NCBI RefSeq assembly: GCF_000014785.1
Contig: NC_008340.1
Coordinates: 2,160,001-2,192,000 of the forward strand
Direction: 5' to 3'
Source: Alkalilimnicola ehrlichii MLHE-1
GTDB lineage: Bacteria; Pseudomonadota; Gammaproteobacteria; Nitrococcales; Halorhodospiraceae
DNA: 32,000 nucleotides
The position numbers and the translations under genes are program-made. Positions 10,445 through 18,995 of the stretch are shown piece by piece. The notes under the pieces are model-generated. The model saw only the letters and a list, made by a program, of their open reading frames with translations. It did not search any database and was not told the DNA's origin. How positions within the stretch are numbered: position 1 is the stretch's first letter; each line of letters opens with the position of its first letter.

Positions 10445-11338
10445 ATGAATAACCCGACACCGCACTTCCCCGTCGTCGCGATCACCGGCAAACCGGACGA
10501 CCCCAGCGTCACTGAAACGGTGGGCAGCCTGGTGGCGTTGCTGCAGCGACACGGACGGGAAATCATCCTGGACAAACAGTCCACCGGCCGCCTGGGCCTG
10601 GACGGCCTGCCCAGCGTCGATCGCAACGAACTGGGCACCCGAGCCGATCTGGTGATCTCGGTGGGCGGCGATGGCACGCTGCTCAACACCGCCCGCTCCC
10701 TGGTCCAACACGATATCGCCATCCTCGGCGTCAACCGGGGTCGCCTCGGCTTTCTGGTGGATGTCTCCCCCAGCCGGCTGGAGGCGGAGCTGGAGGCTGT
10801 GTTGAGCGGCCACTTCGTCCGCGACGATCGCACCCTGCTGCAGGCCGAATCCGTTGGCAGCGACGGGGTTCATGGCAGCGGCCTGGCCCTCAACGACGTG
10901 GTGCTGCACCGCTGGAATACGTCGCGGATGATCGACTTCCGGACCTATATCAACGGCGAACTGCTCAACAACCACCGCTCCGACGGCCTGATCATCTCCA
11001 CCCCCACCGGCTCCACCGCCTACGCCATGGCCAGCGGCGGGCCGATCACCCACCCCGGGGTGGACGCCATGGTGCTGGTCCCGATCTGCCCGCACACTCT
11101 CAGCAACCGGCCGCTGGTCATCCCCGGCAACAGCGTGGTGGAGATCGAGCTCAACGAGACCGGCACCGAGCACCTGCGGGTAAGCTGTGACAGCCAGGAC
11201 GAGCTACGGCTGGCGGAAGGGGACCGTATCCGCATCCGCCAGCATCCGCAGCAGGCCCACCTGATCCACCCGCCGAGCCACGGTTACTTCGAGATCCTGC
11301 GCGCCAAGCTGCGCTGGGGCGACACCAACCTGCGCTAG
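10445..11338 (+). CDS. nadK: NAD kinase
   Basis: MNNPTPHFPVVAITGKPDDPSVTETVGSLVALLQRHG; VSVGGDGTLLNTAR, GVNRGRLGFLVD, STPTGSTAYAMASGGP motifs. Confidence 0.96.
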   Translation: MNNPTPHFPVVAITGKPDDPSVTETVGSLVALLQRHGREIILDKQSTGRLGLDGLPSVDRNELGTRADLVISVGGDGTLLNTARSLVQHDIAILGVNRGRLGFLVDVSPSRLEAELEAVLSGHFVRDDRTLLQAESVGSDGVHGSGLALNDVVLHRWNTSRMIDFRTYINGELLNNHRSDGLIISTPTGSTAYAMASGGPITHPGVDAMVLVPICPHTLSNRPLVIPGNSVVEIELNETGTEHLRVSCDSQDELRLAEGDRIRIRQHPQQAHLIHPPSHGYFEILRAKLRWGDTNLR

Positions 11339-11471
11339 CCACGCCGAGCGCGCGGCAGTGGCAGTTGCACCGCAGCCACGGCGGGCACAGAATCGGGCCT
11401 TTGGCCCGCGCGCCGCGATCGGGCGCGGGCCGGCGTGGACCACCCCACCGGCCAGGGAGTGCTGCCTGACC

Positions 11472-13166
11472 ATGCTCAGCCACATCGATATCCGCGACTT
11501 CGCCATCGTCGACCAGCTCGAACTGGACTTCGGCGCCGGGATGAACGTGCTCACCGGCGAGACCGGGGCGGGCAAATCCATCCTGCTCGACGCTCTGGGG
11601 CTCTGCCTGGGCGACCGCGCCGACAGCGGCACCGTCCGCCCCGGGGCCAAGCGGGCGGACCTCAGCGTCAGCTTCCGGCTCGCCCCCGACAGCCCCGTGC
11701 ACGACTGGCTGGCCGAGCACGACCTGGATGAGGACGGCGACTGCATCCTCCGTCGCACCATCCAGGAGAGCGGCCGCACCCGCGGCTACATCAACGGCCG
11801 CCCCGCCCCGCTCAACCTGCTCAAGGCCCTGGGCGAGCAACTGGTCGACATCCACGGCCAGCACGCCCACCAGCTGCTGCTGCGCCGCCACGTCCAGCGC
11901 CGGATCCTGGACGAGCACGCCGACGAGGGCGGCGCCCTGGAACGGGTCCGCTCGCTCCACCAGCAGCTGCGTGCGGTGGACGAGGAGCTGCGCGCCTTGG
12001 AGGGCGACCGGGAGAGCCACGAGGACCGCCTGGCGCTGCTGCGCTACCAAGTGGACGAGCTGGCCGCACTGGAGCTGACGGTGGAGGGCATCGAGGCGCT
12101 GGAGCAGGAACAGAAGCGCCTGGCCAATGCCGGCGCCCTGATTCAGATGGCACAGCAGATCCTCGACCCGCTCTACGACGACGAGCAGTCCGCGCAGGCC
12201 GCCCTGGGCCGCGCCAGCCGCGAACTGGACGGCCACGCCGGGCTGGACCCGGCCCTGGACGAGGCCCGGGAGCTGTTCGGCAACGCCCTGGTGCAACTTG
12301 AGGAGGGCTGCGATGCCCTGCGCCGGTTCGCCGACAACCTGGAGCTGGACCCGGAGCGCCTGGCCTGGGCCGAGGAGCGACTGGGCCAACTGAGCGACCT
12401 GGCGCGCAAGCACCGCTGCCGTCCGGAGGCCCTCCCCGAGCGGCTCGAGGCCCTGCAGGCGGAGCTCGCAGAGCTGGAGGGGGCCGGGGAGCGGGTCCAG
12501 GCCCTGCGCGAGCAGCGCGCGGCCCTGCATCGCGACTACCGGGAGGCCGCCGCCACGCTCAGTGAGCAACGCCAGGCCCACGCCCGGGCCCTGGAGCAGC
12601 GGGTGGCCGGGCTGCTGGAGGAGCTGAGCATGGGCGGGGCCGAGCTCCAGATCCAGGTGGCCTTCGACGCCGAGGCCGAGCCCACCCCGCACGGGCTGGA
12701 TCAGGTGGAGTTTCTGGTCCGCACCAACCCTGGCCAAGCCTTCGGGCCGCTGGCCAAGGTGGCCTCCGGCGGCGAGCTGTCACGGTTGGGGCTGGCCCTG
12801 CAGGTCGCCAGCACCAAGGGCACCGGCGCCCCCACCCTGACCCTGGTCTTCGACGAGGCGGACAGCGGGATCGGCGGTGCCGTGGCCGAGGTGGTCGGGC
12901 GCCTGCTGGCCTCGCTGGGCCAACGCTACCAGGTGCTGTGCATCACCCACCTGCCCCAGGTGGCCGCCCAGGCCGGGTGCCACTTTCAGGTCAGCAAGCA
13001 CAGCGAACGGGACCGGACCCGCACCCGGGTCACCCCGCTCACCGGCGAGCAGCGGATTCAGGAAGTGGCCCGAATGCTGGGCGGCGTGGAGATCAGTGAT
13101 AACACCCTGGCCTCGGCCCGGGAGATGCTGGAACGCGGCGCCGGCAGGCGCCGGGAGACCGCCTGA
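11472..13166 (+). CDS. recN: DNA repair protein RecN
   Basis: MLSHIDIRDFAIVDQLELDFGAGMNVLTGETGAGKSILLDALGLCLGDRAD; C-terminal ABC signature and VFDEADSGIGG, ITHLPQVAAQAGCHFQVSK. Confidence 0.97.
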   Translation: MLSHIDIRDFAIVDQLELDFGAGMNVLTGETGAGKSILLDALGLCLGDRADSGTVRPGAKRADLSVSFRLAPDSPVHDWLAEHDLDEDGDCILRRTIQESGRTRGYINGRPAPLNLLKALGEQLVDIHGQHAHQLLLRRHVQRRILDEHADEGGALERVRSLHQQLRAVDEELRALEGDRESHEDRLALLRYQVDELAALELTVEGIEALEQEQKRLANAGALIQMAQQILDPLYDDEQSAQAALGRASRELDGHAGLDPALDEARELFGNALVQLEEGCDALRRFADNLELDPERLAWAEERLGQLSDLARKHRCRPEALPERLEALQAELAELEGAGERVQALREQRAALHRDYREAAATLSEQRQAHARALEQRVAGLLEELSMGGAELQIQVAFDAEAEPTPHGLDQVEFLVRTNPGQAFGPLAKVASGGELSRLGLALQVASTKGTGAPTLTLVFDEADSGIGGAVAEVVGRLLASLGQRYQVLCITHLPQVAAQAGCHFQVSKHSERDRTRTRVTPLTGEQRIQEVARMLGGVEISDNTLASAREMLERGAGRRRETA

Positions 13167-13184
13167 GGCGCAGCAGCCGCCCCC

Positions 13185-13607
13185 TCAGTTGCCCTTCTGC
13201 TCACGGCATTTGCCGCAGATCCCGTACAGGATCAGGGCATGGTCACGCAGCTCGAAGCCGTGCTGCATGGCCACTTCGCGCTGACGGATCTCGATCAGGT
13301 AATCGATAAACTCCTCGATGTGGCCGCATTCCACACAGATCAGGTGGTCGTGGTGGCCACCGTCATCGAGTTCGAAGACCGACTGGTTGCCTTCAAAGTT
13401 GTGGCGCGTCACGATGCCCGCCGTCTCGAACTGGGTCAGCACCCGGTAGACGGTCGCCAGACCGATGTCCTCGCCCGCCTCGAGGAGGGCCTTGTAGACA
13501 TCTTCGGCCGACATGTGACCCTCCCGGTTGCGCTCCAGGATCTCGAGGATCTTCACCCGGGGCAACGTGACCTTCAGGCCGGCTTTGCGCAGATTGTTGG
13601 ACTCCAA
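13185..13607 (-). CDS. fur: Ferric uptake regulator Fur
   Basis: 140 aa; NNLRKAGLKVTLPRVKILEIL, HHDHLICVECGHIEEF metal-binding motif. Confidence 0.96.
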   Translation of the reverse strand: MESNNLRKAGLKVTLPRVKILEILERNREGHMSAEDVYKALLEAGEDIGLATVYRVLTQFETAGIVTRHNFEGNQSVFELDDGGHHDHLICVECGHIEEFIDYLIEIRQREVAMQHGFELRDHALILYGICGKCREQKGN

Positions 13608-13701
13608 GGTTTCCCCCGTTCAGGCTGTGCCACAACTGCATGGATACGCTAACATCTGCCCCACCAACGACGGCCCCCACCGAAGAGGGCGTGAGAGACC
13701 T

Positions 13702-14055
13702 ATGGGCAAACGCAGATTATTCGCATTATACATCACTACCACACTCTTCCTGACCGGCTGCGCACAGGTGGACCGCATTCCGTTCACCTACCAACGCGAC
13801 GCCCAGCAAGGCAACATTATGACTCAGGAGATGGTGGATGAGTTGCGCGTCGGCATGTCGCAGCAGCAGGTCCGCACCATCATGGGCCCGCCGGCGGTGG
13901 TCGACCCCTTTCGCACCGACCGCTGGGACTATGTCTACACCATGCGGCCCGGGGGCGGCAGTATGGAGAAAAAGCGCATGACCCTGCGCTTCGAGGACGG
14001 CCGCCTGGTGGACATCAGCGGCGACCTGCGCCCCTCCCACTGGGAGGAGAGCTAA
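13702..14055 (+). CDS. bamE: Outer membrane protein assembly factor BamE (SmpA/OmlA)
   Basis: MGKRRLFALYITTTLFLTGCAQVDRIPFTYQRDAQQGNIMTQEMVDELRVGMSQQQVRTIMGPP; lipobox LTGC. The longer track ORF has over-extended upstream. Confidence 0.93.
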   Translation: MGKRRLFALYITTTLFLTGCAQVDRIPFTYQRDAQQGNIMTQEMVDELRVGMSQQQVRTIMGPPAVVDPFRTDRWDYVYTMRPGGGSMEKKRMTLRFEDGRLVDISGDLRPSHWEES

Positions 14056-14062
14056 GCGGCGC

Positions 14063-14356
14063 TCACTCCGCCTTGCCCGCCGCCCGACGGCGGCGGGATT
14101 CCTTCGGGTCCGCCTGCAGCGGCCGGTAGATCTCCACCCGGTCGTAGGGCCGCAGCACATCCGAGCGCTTGCGCAGCTTGCCGAACACCCCCACCTTGTT
14201 GACCCCGTCCAGGTCGATATCGGGGAAGCGCTGCAGGACGCCGGAGCGCTCGATGGCCTCCTCTACCGTAGCCCCCTCCGGCACCTCGACGGTCAGCAAC
14301 ACCTGCTCGTCCGGCTCGGCGTAGGCCACCTCCACGGTCATCATCTGCTCAGCCAT
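14063..14356 (-). CDS. rnfH: RnfH family ubiquitin-like protein
   Basis: EVAYAEPDEQVLLTVEVPEGATVEEAIERSGVL, VGVFGKL, LRPYDRVEIYRPLQADPKE motifs; next to ratA as usual. Start choice approximate. Confidence 0.9.
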   Translation of the reverse strand: MAEQMMTVEVAYAEPDEQVLLTVEVPEGATVEEAIERSGVLQRFPDIDLDGVNKVGVFGKLRKRSDVLRPYDRVEIYRPLQADPKESRRRRAAGKAE

Positions 14357-14780
14357 AAACCTGCTCCGCGCGGGTGACAAAGGCGTCCACCAGTCGGTTG
14401 GCCACTTGGGTGAACACCCGCCCGAAGGCCATGCTCACCAACCGGTTGGCGAACTCAAACTCCAGGTCCAGCACCACCTTTGAGGCCTCATCGTCCAGGC
14501 GCTGGAACCGCCAATAGCCGTCCAGGCGCTGGAAGGGGCCCTCGACAAGGCGGATCTCGATCATCTTGCCGTACTGGCGGCGGTTAATGGTGGTAAAGCC
14601 CTTTTCCAGACCCCCCTTGGAGATGACCACCCGCCCCTTGACGTGGTCGCTGTCCCGCTCCAGCACCTCACTGTGCGAGCACCAGGGGAGGAACTCCTTG
14701 TACCGGTCGACATCGTCCACCAGTTCGAACATCGCTTCTGCGGAGTACGGCACCAGGGCCGTGCGGGAAATACTCGCCAT
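14349..14780 (-). CDS. ratA: RatA family toxin / START-like ribosome-association protein
   Basis: 143 aa; [34 protein letters not shown] and [13 protein letters not shown] motifs; adjacent to rnfH and smpB. Confidence 0.92.
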   Translation of the reverse strand: MASISRTALVPYSAEAMFELVDDVDRYKEFLPWCSHSEVLERDSDHVKGRVVISKGGLEKGFTTINRRQYGKMIEIRLVEGPFQRLDGYWRFQRLDDEASKVVLDLEFEFANRLVSMAFGRVFTQVANRLVDAFVTRAEQVYG

Positions 14781-14893
14781 GTATCAGCCCATCCTCGGTT
14801 TGGACGCAGACCCGGAATTGTCCGCGAGCGGGCCTAGGTTCCGCAAGGCTTCCCGTGGATGCGGCTGGCCCTCGTGCCCTCACAGGCCTTACA

Positions 14894-15376
14894 ATGCGCG
14901 CCGTGAGCAAGAAAAAGAAGACACCGGAAAACGTCATCGCGCTGAACCGCAAGGCGCGCTTCGAGTTCCACATCGAAGAGACAATGGAGGCGGGCCTGGC
15001 GCTGGAGGGCTGGGAGGTCAAAAGCCTCCGGGCCGGCCGCGTGAACCTGCAGGAGGCCTACGTGCTCATCCGACGGGGTGAGGCGTGGCTGATCGGCTGC
15101 ACCATCACGCCGCTGCCCACCGCCTCCACCCACATCAAGCCCGATCCGACGCGCACCCGGCGGCTGCTGCTGCACAAAAAAGAGATCGCGCGGCTCACCG
15201 GTGCCGCAGACCGCGAGGGCTACACCGTGGTGCCCCTGGACCTGCACTGGAAGCGCGGCAAGGCCAAGCTGAGCATCGGCCTGGCCAAGGGCAAGAAGAA
15301 GCACGACAAGCGCGCCGATCAGAAGGAGCAGGACTGGCAGCGCCAGAAACAGCGGCTGATGAAGCACAAAGTCTAG
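14894..15376 (+). CDS. smpB: SsrA-binding protein SmpB
   Basis: [61 protein letters not shown]; immediately upstream of ssrA. Confidence 0.97.
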   Translation: MRAVSKKKKTPENVIALNRKARFEFHIEETMEAGLALEGWEVKSLRAGRVNLQEAYVLIRRGEAWLIGCTITPLPTASTHIKPDPTRTRRLLLHKKEIARLTGAADREGYTVVPLDLHWKRGKAKLSIGLAKGKKKHDKRADQKEQDWQRQKQRLMKHKV

Positions 15377-15427
15377 GCTTTATCCGGAACTCCTCACCGG
15401 CTACACTGTCTGAACAGATAACACACA

Positions 15428-15786
15428 GGGGGCGACTTGGATTCGACGCGGGTCGTGAAGCCTGAGGTGCATGCCGAGGATGCAGCTCAACCTCGTAAAA
15501 CCTGCTGCCAACTTAAACATAGTTGCCAACGACGAAAACTACGCTCTGGCGGCGTAAACCCCGCCAGCCGCATTTGATCCAGTGCTTGTGCTGATCAAAT
15601 CGCGGTCGTAGCTCACAAGCTAGCCACAGGGCGCGGTCCCGAGCCCTGTGGCGAATCTCAAGGGACTCGCTGTCGGCAACCTTGCCTACCGGGGTGTCGG
15701 CAGTTAAATCAAAGGGTGGGGCTAAGCATGTAGACCCGAAGGTCGATCATCCGCGGACGCGGGTTCGATTCCCGCCGCCTCCACCA
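15428..15786 (+). ncRNA. ssrA: tmRNA (tag peptide ANDENYALAA)
   Basis: Starts GGGGGCGACTTGGATTCGACGCGG, ends GGTTCGATTCCCGCCGCCTCCACCA; resume codon and tag GCCAACGACGAAAACTACGCTCTGGCGGCGTAA at 15525-15557. Confidence 0.97.
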
Positions 15787-15806
15787 TACAATGCGATACA
15801 AATCAG

Positions 15807-15836
15807 GCAGTTACGGAAACGTAGCTGCTTTTTTTT
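15807..15836 (+). terminator. Rho-independent terminator of ssrA
   Basis: GCAGTTACG GAAA CGTAGCTGC followed by eight T. Confidence 0.92.
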
Positions 15837-15917
15837 GCCTGCATTTGGGCTGTTTAGACGCCGGAATGACAGCATTATGCCAGCTTCCCTGGTGCGCCCA
15901 CCGCCCCTGACCTAAGC

Positions 15918-16603
15918 TTGACCATGACGGTCAAGGCGCCAGAGGAGACACGCATGGCCGGCCATGATGCGCAGCCGCAACGGGAGGAGAACGAGCGCCT
16001 CACCCGCGAGGTGGAGCGGCTCGAGGCGGAACTCTCCCGGATGCGCCAGGTCCATGACGACCTCTGGGCCCACGAGGTCTACCTCAAGGCCCGCTCGAAG
16101 ATGTTCGGCGGCCTCCTCGCCCTCACCGCGGTCCTCGGCGCCCTCGGCCTCGGCACCCTGAACGCGTGTGGTACAGCAGTATCGACAAATACATCGAGAC
16201 CCAGGCTCGCGAGCATCTGCGGGGCCAGCTCGACGCCTTGCTCCGGGAGGAACTGGACCGCTCGATGATCGAGGCACGTAGCGCCATCGATGCCGAGGCA
16301 GGCCAGCACGTGCGCGAGGCGCGTGTCGACCTCACCCAGACCGCGCTCCAGATCCGGGCGGACGAGCGGGGCCAGCCCATTCCCTGCACCGAGTTCCCGG
16401 ATTTGCGTATCGCCCCGCCCGTAGGCGACAACCGCAACCACGCCCTCGTGGTGGACGGCCCGCTGCCCCTCGCCGAGGCCCAGGCTCTCCGCGCCCGCAA
16501 CTACGGCTTTCGCGACGACACCTTCCTCTGGCCGGCGAGGCGGGCGTACTTCAAAGCAACGTGGCCACAGGCCTTTTATTGCCGTAGCCAGGAGTCCATG
16601 TGA
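15918..16603 (+). pseudogene. Coiled-coil single-TM hypothetical protein, apparently split by a frameshift near 16166
   Basis: ORF 15918-16268 gives a coiled coil plus TM (FGGLLALTAVLGALGLGTLNA) then out-of-character sequence; ORF 16166-16603 begins (GTG)WYSSIDKYIETQAREHLRGQL in another frame. Junction GCGTGTGGTAC restores one ORF if one TG is removed. Confidence 0.6.
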
Positions 16604-16825
16604 GCGCTGCGGAGTGAGAGGGGAGAAGCCATGAGGCCGCGCGCCTTCATGAGATGGCTGACTGTAGCCCGCTGCGCTTAGCTTTCTCTTCCAAGCAGGG
16701 TGTCGATTGCTACCGGGAATCCCCTGTCCTTTTGTCAGCAACCTTTACAGACCGGGCCAGCCAGCACCTGACGTGCCCCAACCTCTCCATCCAACCCTAT
16801 GTCATAGAGGGAAAAACACCCAGTG

Positions 16826-16841
16826 TGGCGCGTTTATTGCT
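16826..16841 (+). promoter_or_regulatory. Sigma54 (-24/-12) promoter element upstream of the PEP-CTERM gene
   Basis: TGGCGCGTTTATTGCT: GG-N10-GC spacing exactly as in the consensus TGGCAC-N5-TTGCW; about 94 nt upstream of the ATG at 16935. Confidence 0.68.
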
Positions 16842-16934
16842 ATGCAAAAAACAAGGATTTGCGTGACCAGACCTAAAGGGGGGCGATGGAAAAGCGGCCG
16901 CCCTATCGAAAAACATGGCGTCGAGGTGCACTGA

Positions 16935-17636
16935 ATGCATGATTCAAGGGAAAATCGGTTCCGGACCACCCGCCTGTCGGCGGTGGCTTTGGGGGGCGCG
17001 GCCACCTTGGGGGCCACGGGGAGCGCGACAGCCGGGCTGATCACCAGCGGCCAGATTGATCAGGTGTTGAGCTTCTACAGCGATCCCTTTGCGATCAACC
17101 CCTTCGGTCGTGATGAGCCGGACTTCTTCATCACCACCCGTAAGAGCGATACCTATGACGACTCCAAGCAGGGGACGTTAGCGGCAAAAATGGCCTCGAA
17201 GTACGCCTTCGAGGTGGAAACCACCGGTGGCAACAGTATCCACTATCCTGGGTCGTCTGTGGGCCAACTCCCCGAAGGCGCCCTTGTCGACGATGCGCTG
17301 GACTGGCTGAACAGCGATTCCCAGCTAAGGGCCCGAACCTCCCACTGGCCCGATGGCTCCTCCGGCTATGTGGGCCTGCTCTCGCTGATCGATGACCAGA
17401 GTTACTACGGCTGGATGGAGGTTTCCATTCAGGATGAGGGCGATTTCATTACCGTTCACCAATGGGCGTTCAATGACAGCCCCGATGCCTCGCTGCAGAC
17501 CGGCGATATCGGTACCACCGCGATCCCGGAGCCCTCGTCACTGCTGCTGTTCGCAGGGGGCGCAGCCGCCTGGTGGCTGGGTAGCCTGGCGGTGCGCCTC
17601 AGCAGCCGGCGCGTTCAGGCCACCACGGCCCGCTGA
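16935..17636 (+). CDS. PEP-CTERM sorting domain-containing secreted protein
   Basis: Signal peptide-like N-terminus and C-terminal AIPEPSSLLLFAGGAAAWWLGSLAVRLSSRR (PEP motif, TM, basic tail). Confidence 0.88.
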   Translation: MHDSRENRFRTTRLSAVALGGAATLGATGSATAGLITSGQIDQVLSFYSDPFAINPFGRDEPDFFITTRKSDTYDDSKQGTLAAKMASKYAFEVETTGGNSIHYPGSSVGQLPEGALVDDALDWLNSDSQLRARTSHWPDGSSGYVGLLSLIDDQSYYGWMEVSIQDEGDFITVHQWAFNDSPDASLQTGDIGTTAIPEPSSLLLFAGGAAAWWLGSLAVRLSSRRVQATTAR

Positions 17637-17638
17637 CC

Positions 17639-18898
17639 ATGCCGGAGCAAAGGGACCGGCATGGCGAACTCCGCCAGCGGTATGAGTCGGTCCCTTATGC
17701 CGACGGCATTTTCCCTCAACTCCACCCTGTCCGCCTGGCACCGTTGGCCCGGCTGCACGGGCATGCCACCGTGCCCAACCCCGCCACCGCGACGATTCTG
17801 GATCTGGGCTGCGGTGCCGCCGGCAACCTGATCGAGATCGCTGCAGACCTGCCCGATGCCCGGTGTCTCGGTATTGACCTGGCGGAGTCTCATATCGGGC
17901 AAGGACAGCGGCACATTCGGGCCAGAGGGTTGGACAATATCGAATTGCGGCAGGGCGATCTGTGTGAACTGGACCTCGGAGCTGTCAAGTTTGACTACAT
18001 ACTCGCCCACGGCCTTCTGTCGTGGGTGCCCGATGGGGTCAAGGAACGCATCTTCCAGCTTTGCCGTGGTCATCTCGCGGCTGACGGGGTGGCCCTGATC
18101 AGTTACAACACCTACCCGGGTTGGAGTTTCCGCGAAAACCTCCGCCAACTGCTGCAGCTTCACCTGAGTGCGGTGAGCGACCCCCGGCAGGTGCGCCAAG
18201 GTGCCGATGACATCCTGGGCCGGTTGCAACGGGCACTGGGTGACGCCGAACACCCCCACGCCCCCCTGCTGCACCACGAGATAAAGCATTTGCAGCAAAG
18301 CACAACCAACGCCCTGTTCCATGATGACCTGGACACTGTCAACGACCCCTGCTTTTTCCTCCAGTTCATTGCCTGGGCCGCGGAGCACGAGCTGGACTAC
18401 GTCGGGGATGTCGATCTGTCCCGCGGTTGGCCAACCCTGCAGTCACCGCAGGCACGGGAGGCATTGCTGGACGGGAGCCTGGCGCCATTGATGGCGGAAC
18501 AATACCTGGACTACGTGGTGAACCGGCGCTTCCGGCACTCCCTGCTGATCACGCAACGCAGCGAGCCGTTACGGCCCAGCATCGACATATTTCAGGGCCA
18601 CTACCTGCGCGGGCGGATCAAGCCACAAGTCATCCTGCATGCGCCGGGCGCGCGTCTGACCTTCGAGGGCGTTACCGGCCACCAGATCACCAGCGATAAC
18701 GGCCCGGCACAAGCCCTGCTGGCGACCCTGGCGGAGACCACCGAATGGCAGCCGTTAGAAGAGATCCTGGCCACCGCCGCTAAGCTCGAACCCGCGATCA
18801 CCGCCGACCCGGAAACACGCCCCCACATCTACCGCAGCCTCGTCGAATGCTGGGCCCGGGAGATGGTCGACGTGGCCAGCGACATACCGAGATATTGA
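17639..18898 (+). CDS. Class I SAM-dependent methyltransferase with methyltransferase regulatory domain
   Basis: Motif I ILDLGCGAAGNLIEIA; ESVPYADGIFPQLHPVRLAPLA N-terminus and long C-terminal region resembling the PF10119-containing family; ATG only 2 nt after previous stop. Confidence 0.8.
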   Translation: MPEQRDRHGELRQRYESVPYADGIFPQLHPVRLAPLARLHGHATVPNPATATILDLGCGAAGNLIEIAADLPDARCLGIDLAESHIGQGQRHIRARGLDNIELRQGDLCELDLGAVKFDYILAHGLLSWVPDGVKERIFQLCRGHLAADGVALISYNTYPGWSFRENLRQLLQLHLSAVSDPRQVRQGADDILGRLQRALGDAEHPHAPLLHHEIKHLQQSTTNALFHDDLDTVNDPCFFLQFIAWAAEHELDYVGDVDLSRGWPTLQSPQAREALLDGSLAPLMAEQYLDYVVNRRFRHSLLITQRSEPLRPSIDIFQGHYLRGRIKPQVILHAPGARLTFEGVTGHQITSDNGPAQALLATLAETTEWQPLEEILATAAKLEPAITADPETRPHIYRSLVECWAREMVDVASDIPRY

Positions 18899-18995
18899 CT
18901 TCCCAGGACCGGCCGGGCAACGAACCGGTTGTCCTCCTGCGCTGCCCCCCATACGATGCTCGACGCCCCACCCCTGACAAGAGAGAGTGTGTGTC

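Noticed and set aside
11403-11431. GGCCCGCGC / GCGCGGGCC inverted repeat between nadK and recN
   Set aside because: 9-bp GC-rich stem without a T-tract in very GC-rich DNA; not distinguishable from chance, and no LexA-like box was seen nearby.
11151-12737. 528-aa minus-strand ORF antisense to recN
   Set aside because: recN is unambiguous on the plus strand; the antisense translation has no recognisable domain.
14349-14780. RatA toxin with adjacent RnfH as a toxin-antitoxin module
   Set aside because: ratA-rnfH near smpB-ssrA is a conserved housekeeping arrangement in proteobacteria; TA naming is historical and nothing here indicates a mobile TA module.
16707-16934. 75-aa ORF MLPGIPCPF... 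in the PEP-CTERM upstream region
   Set aside because: It overlaps the sigma54-like element and leader region, has no good start context and no recognisable family.
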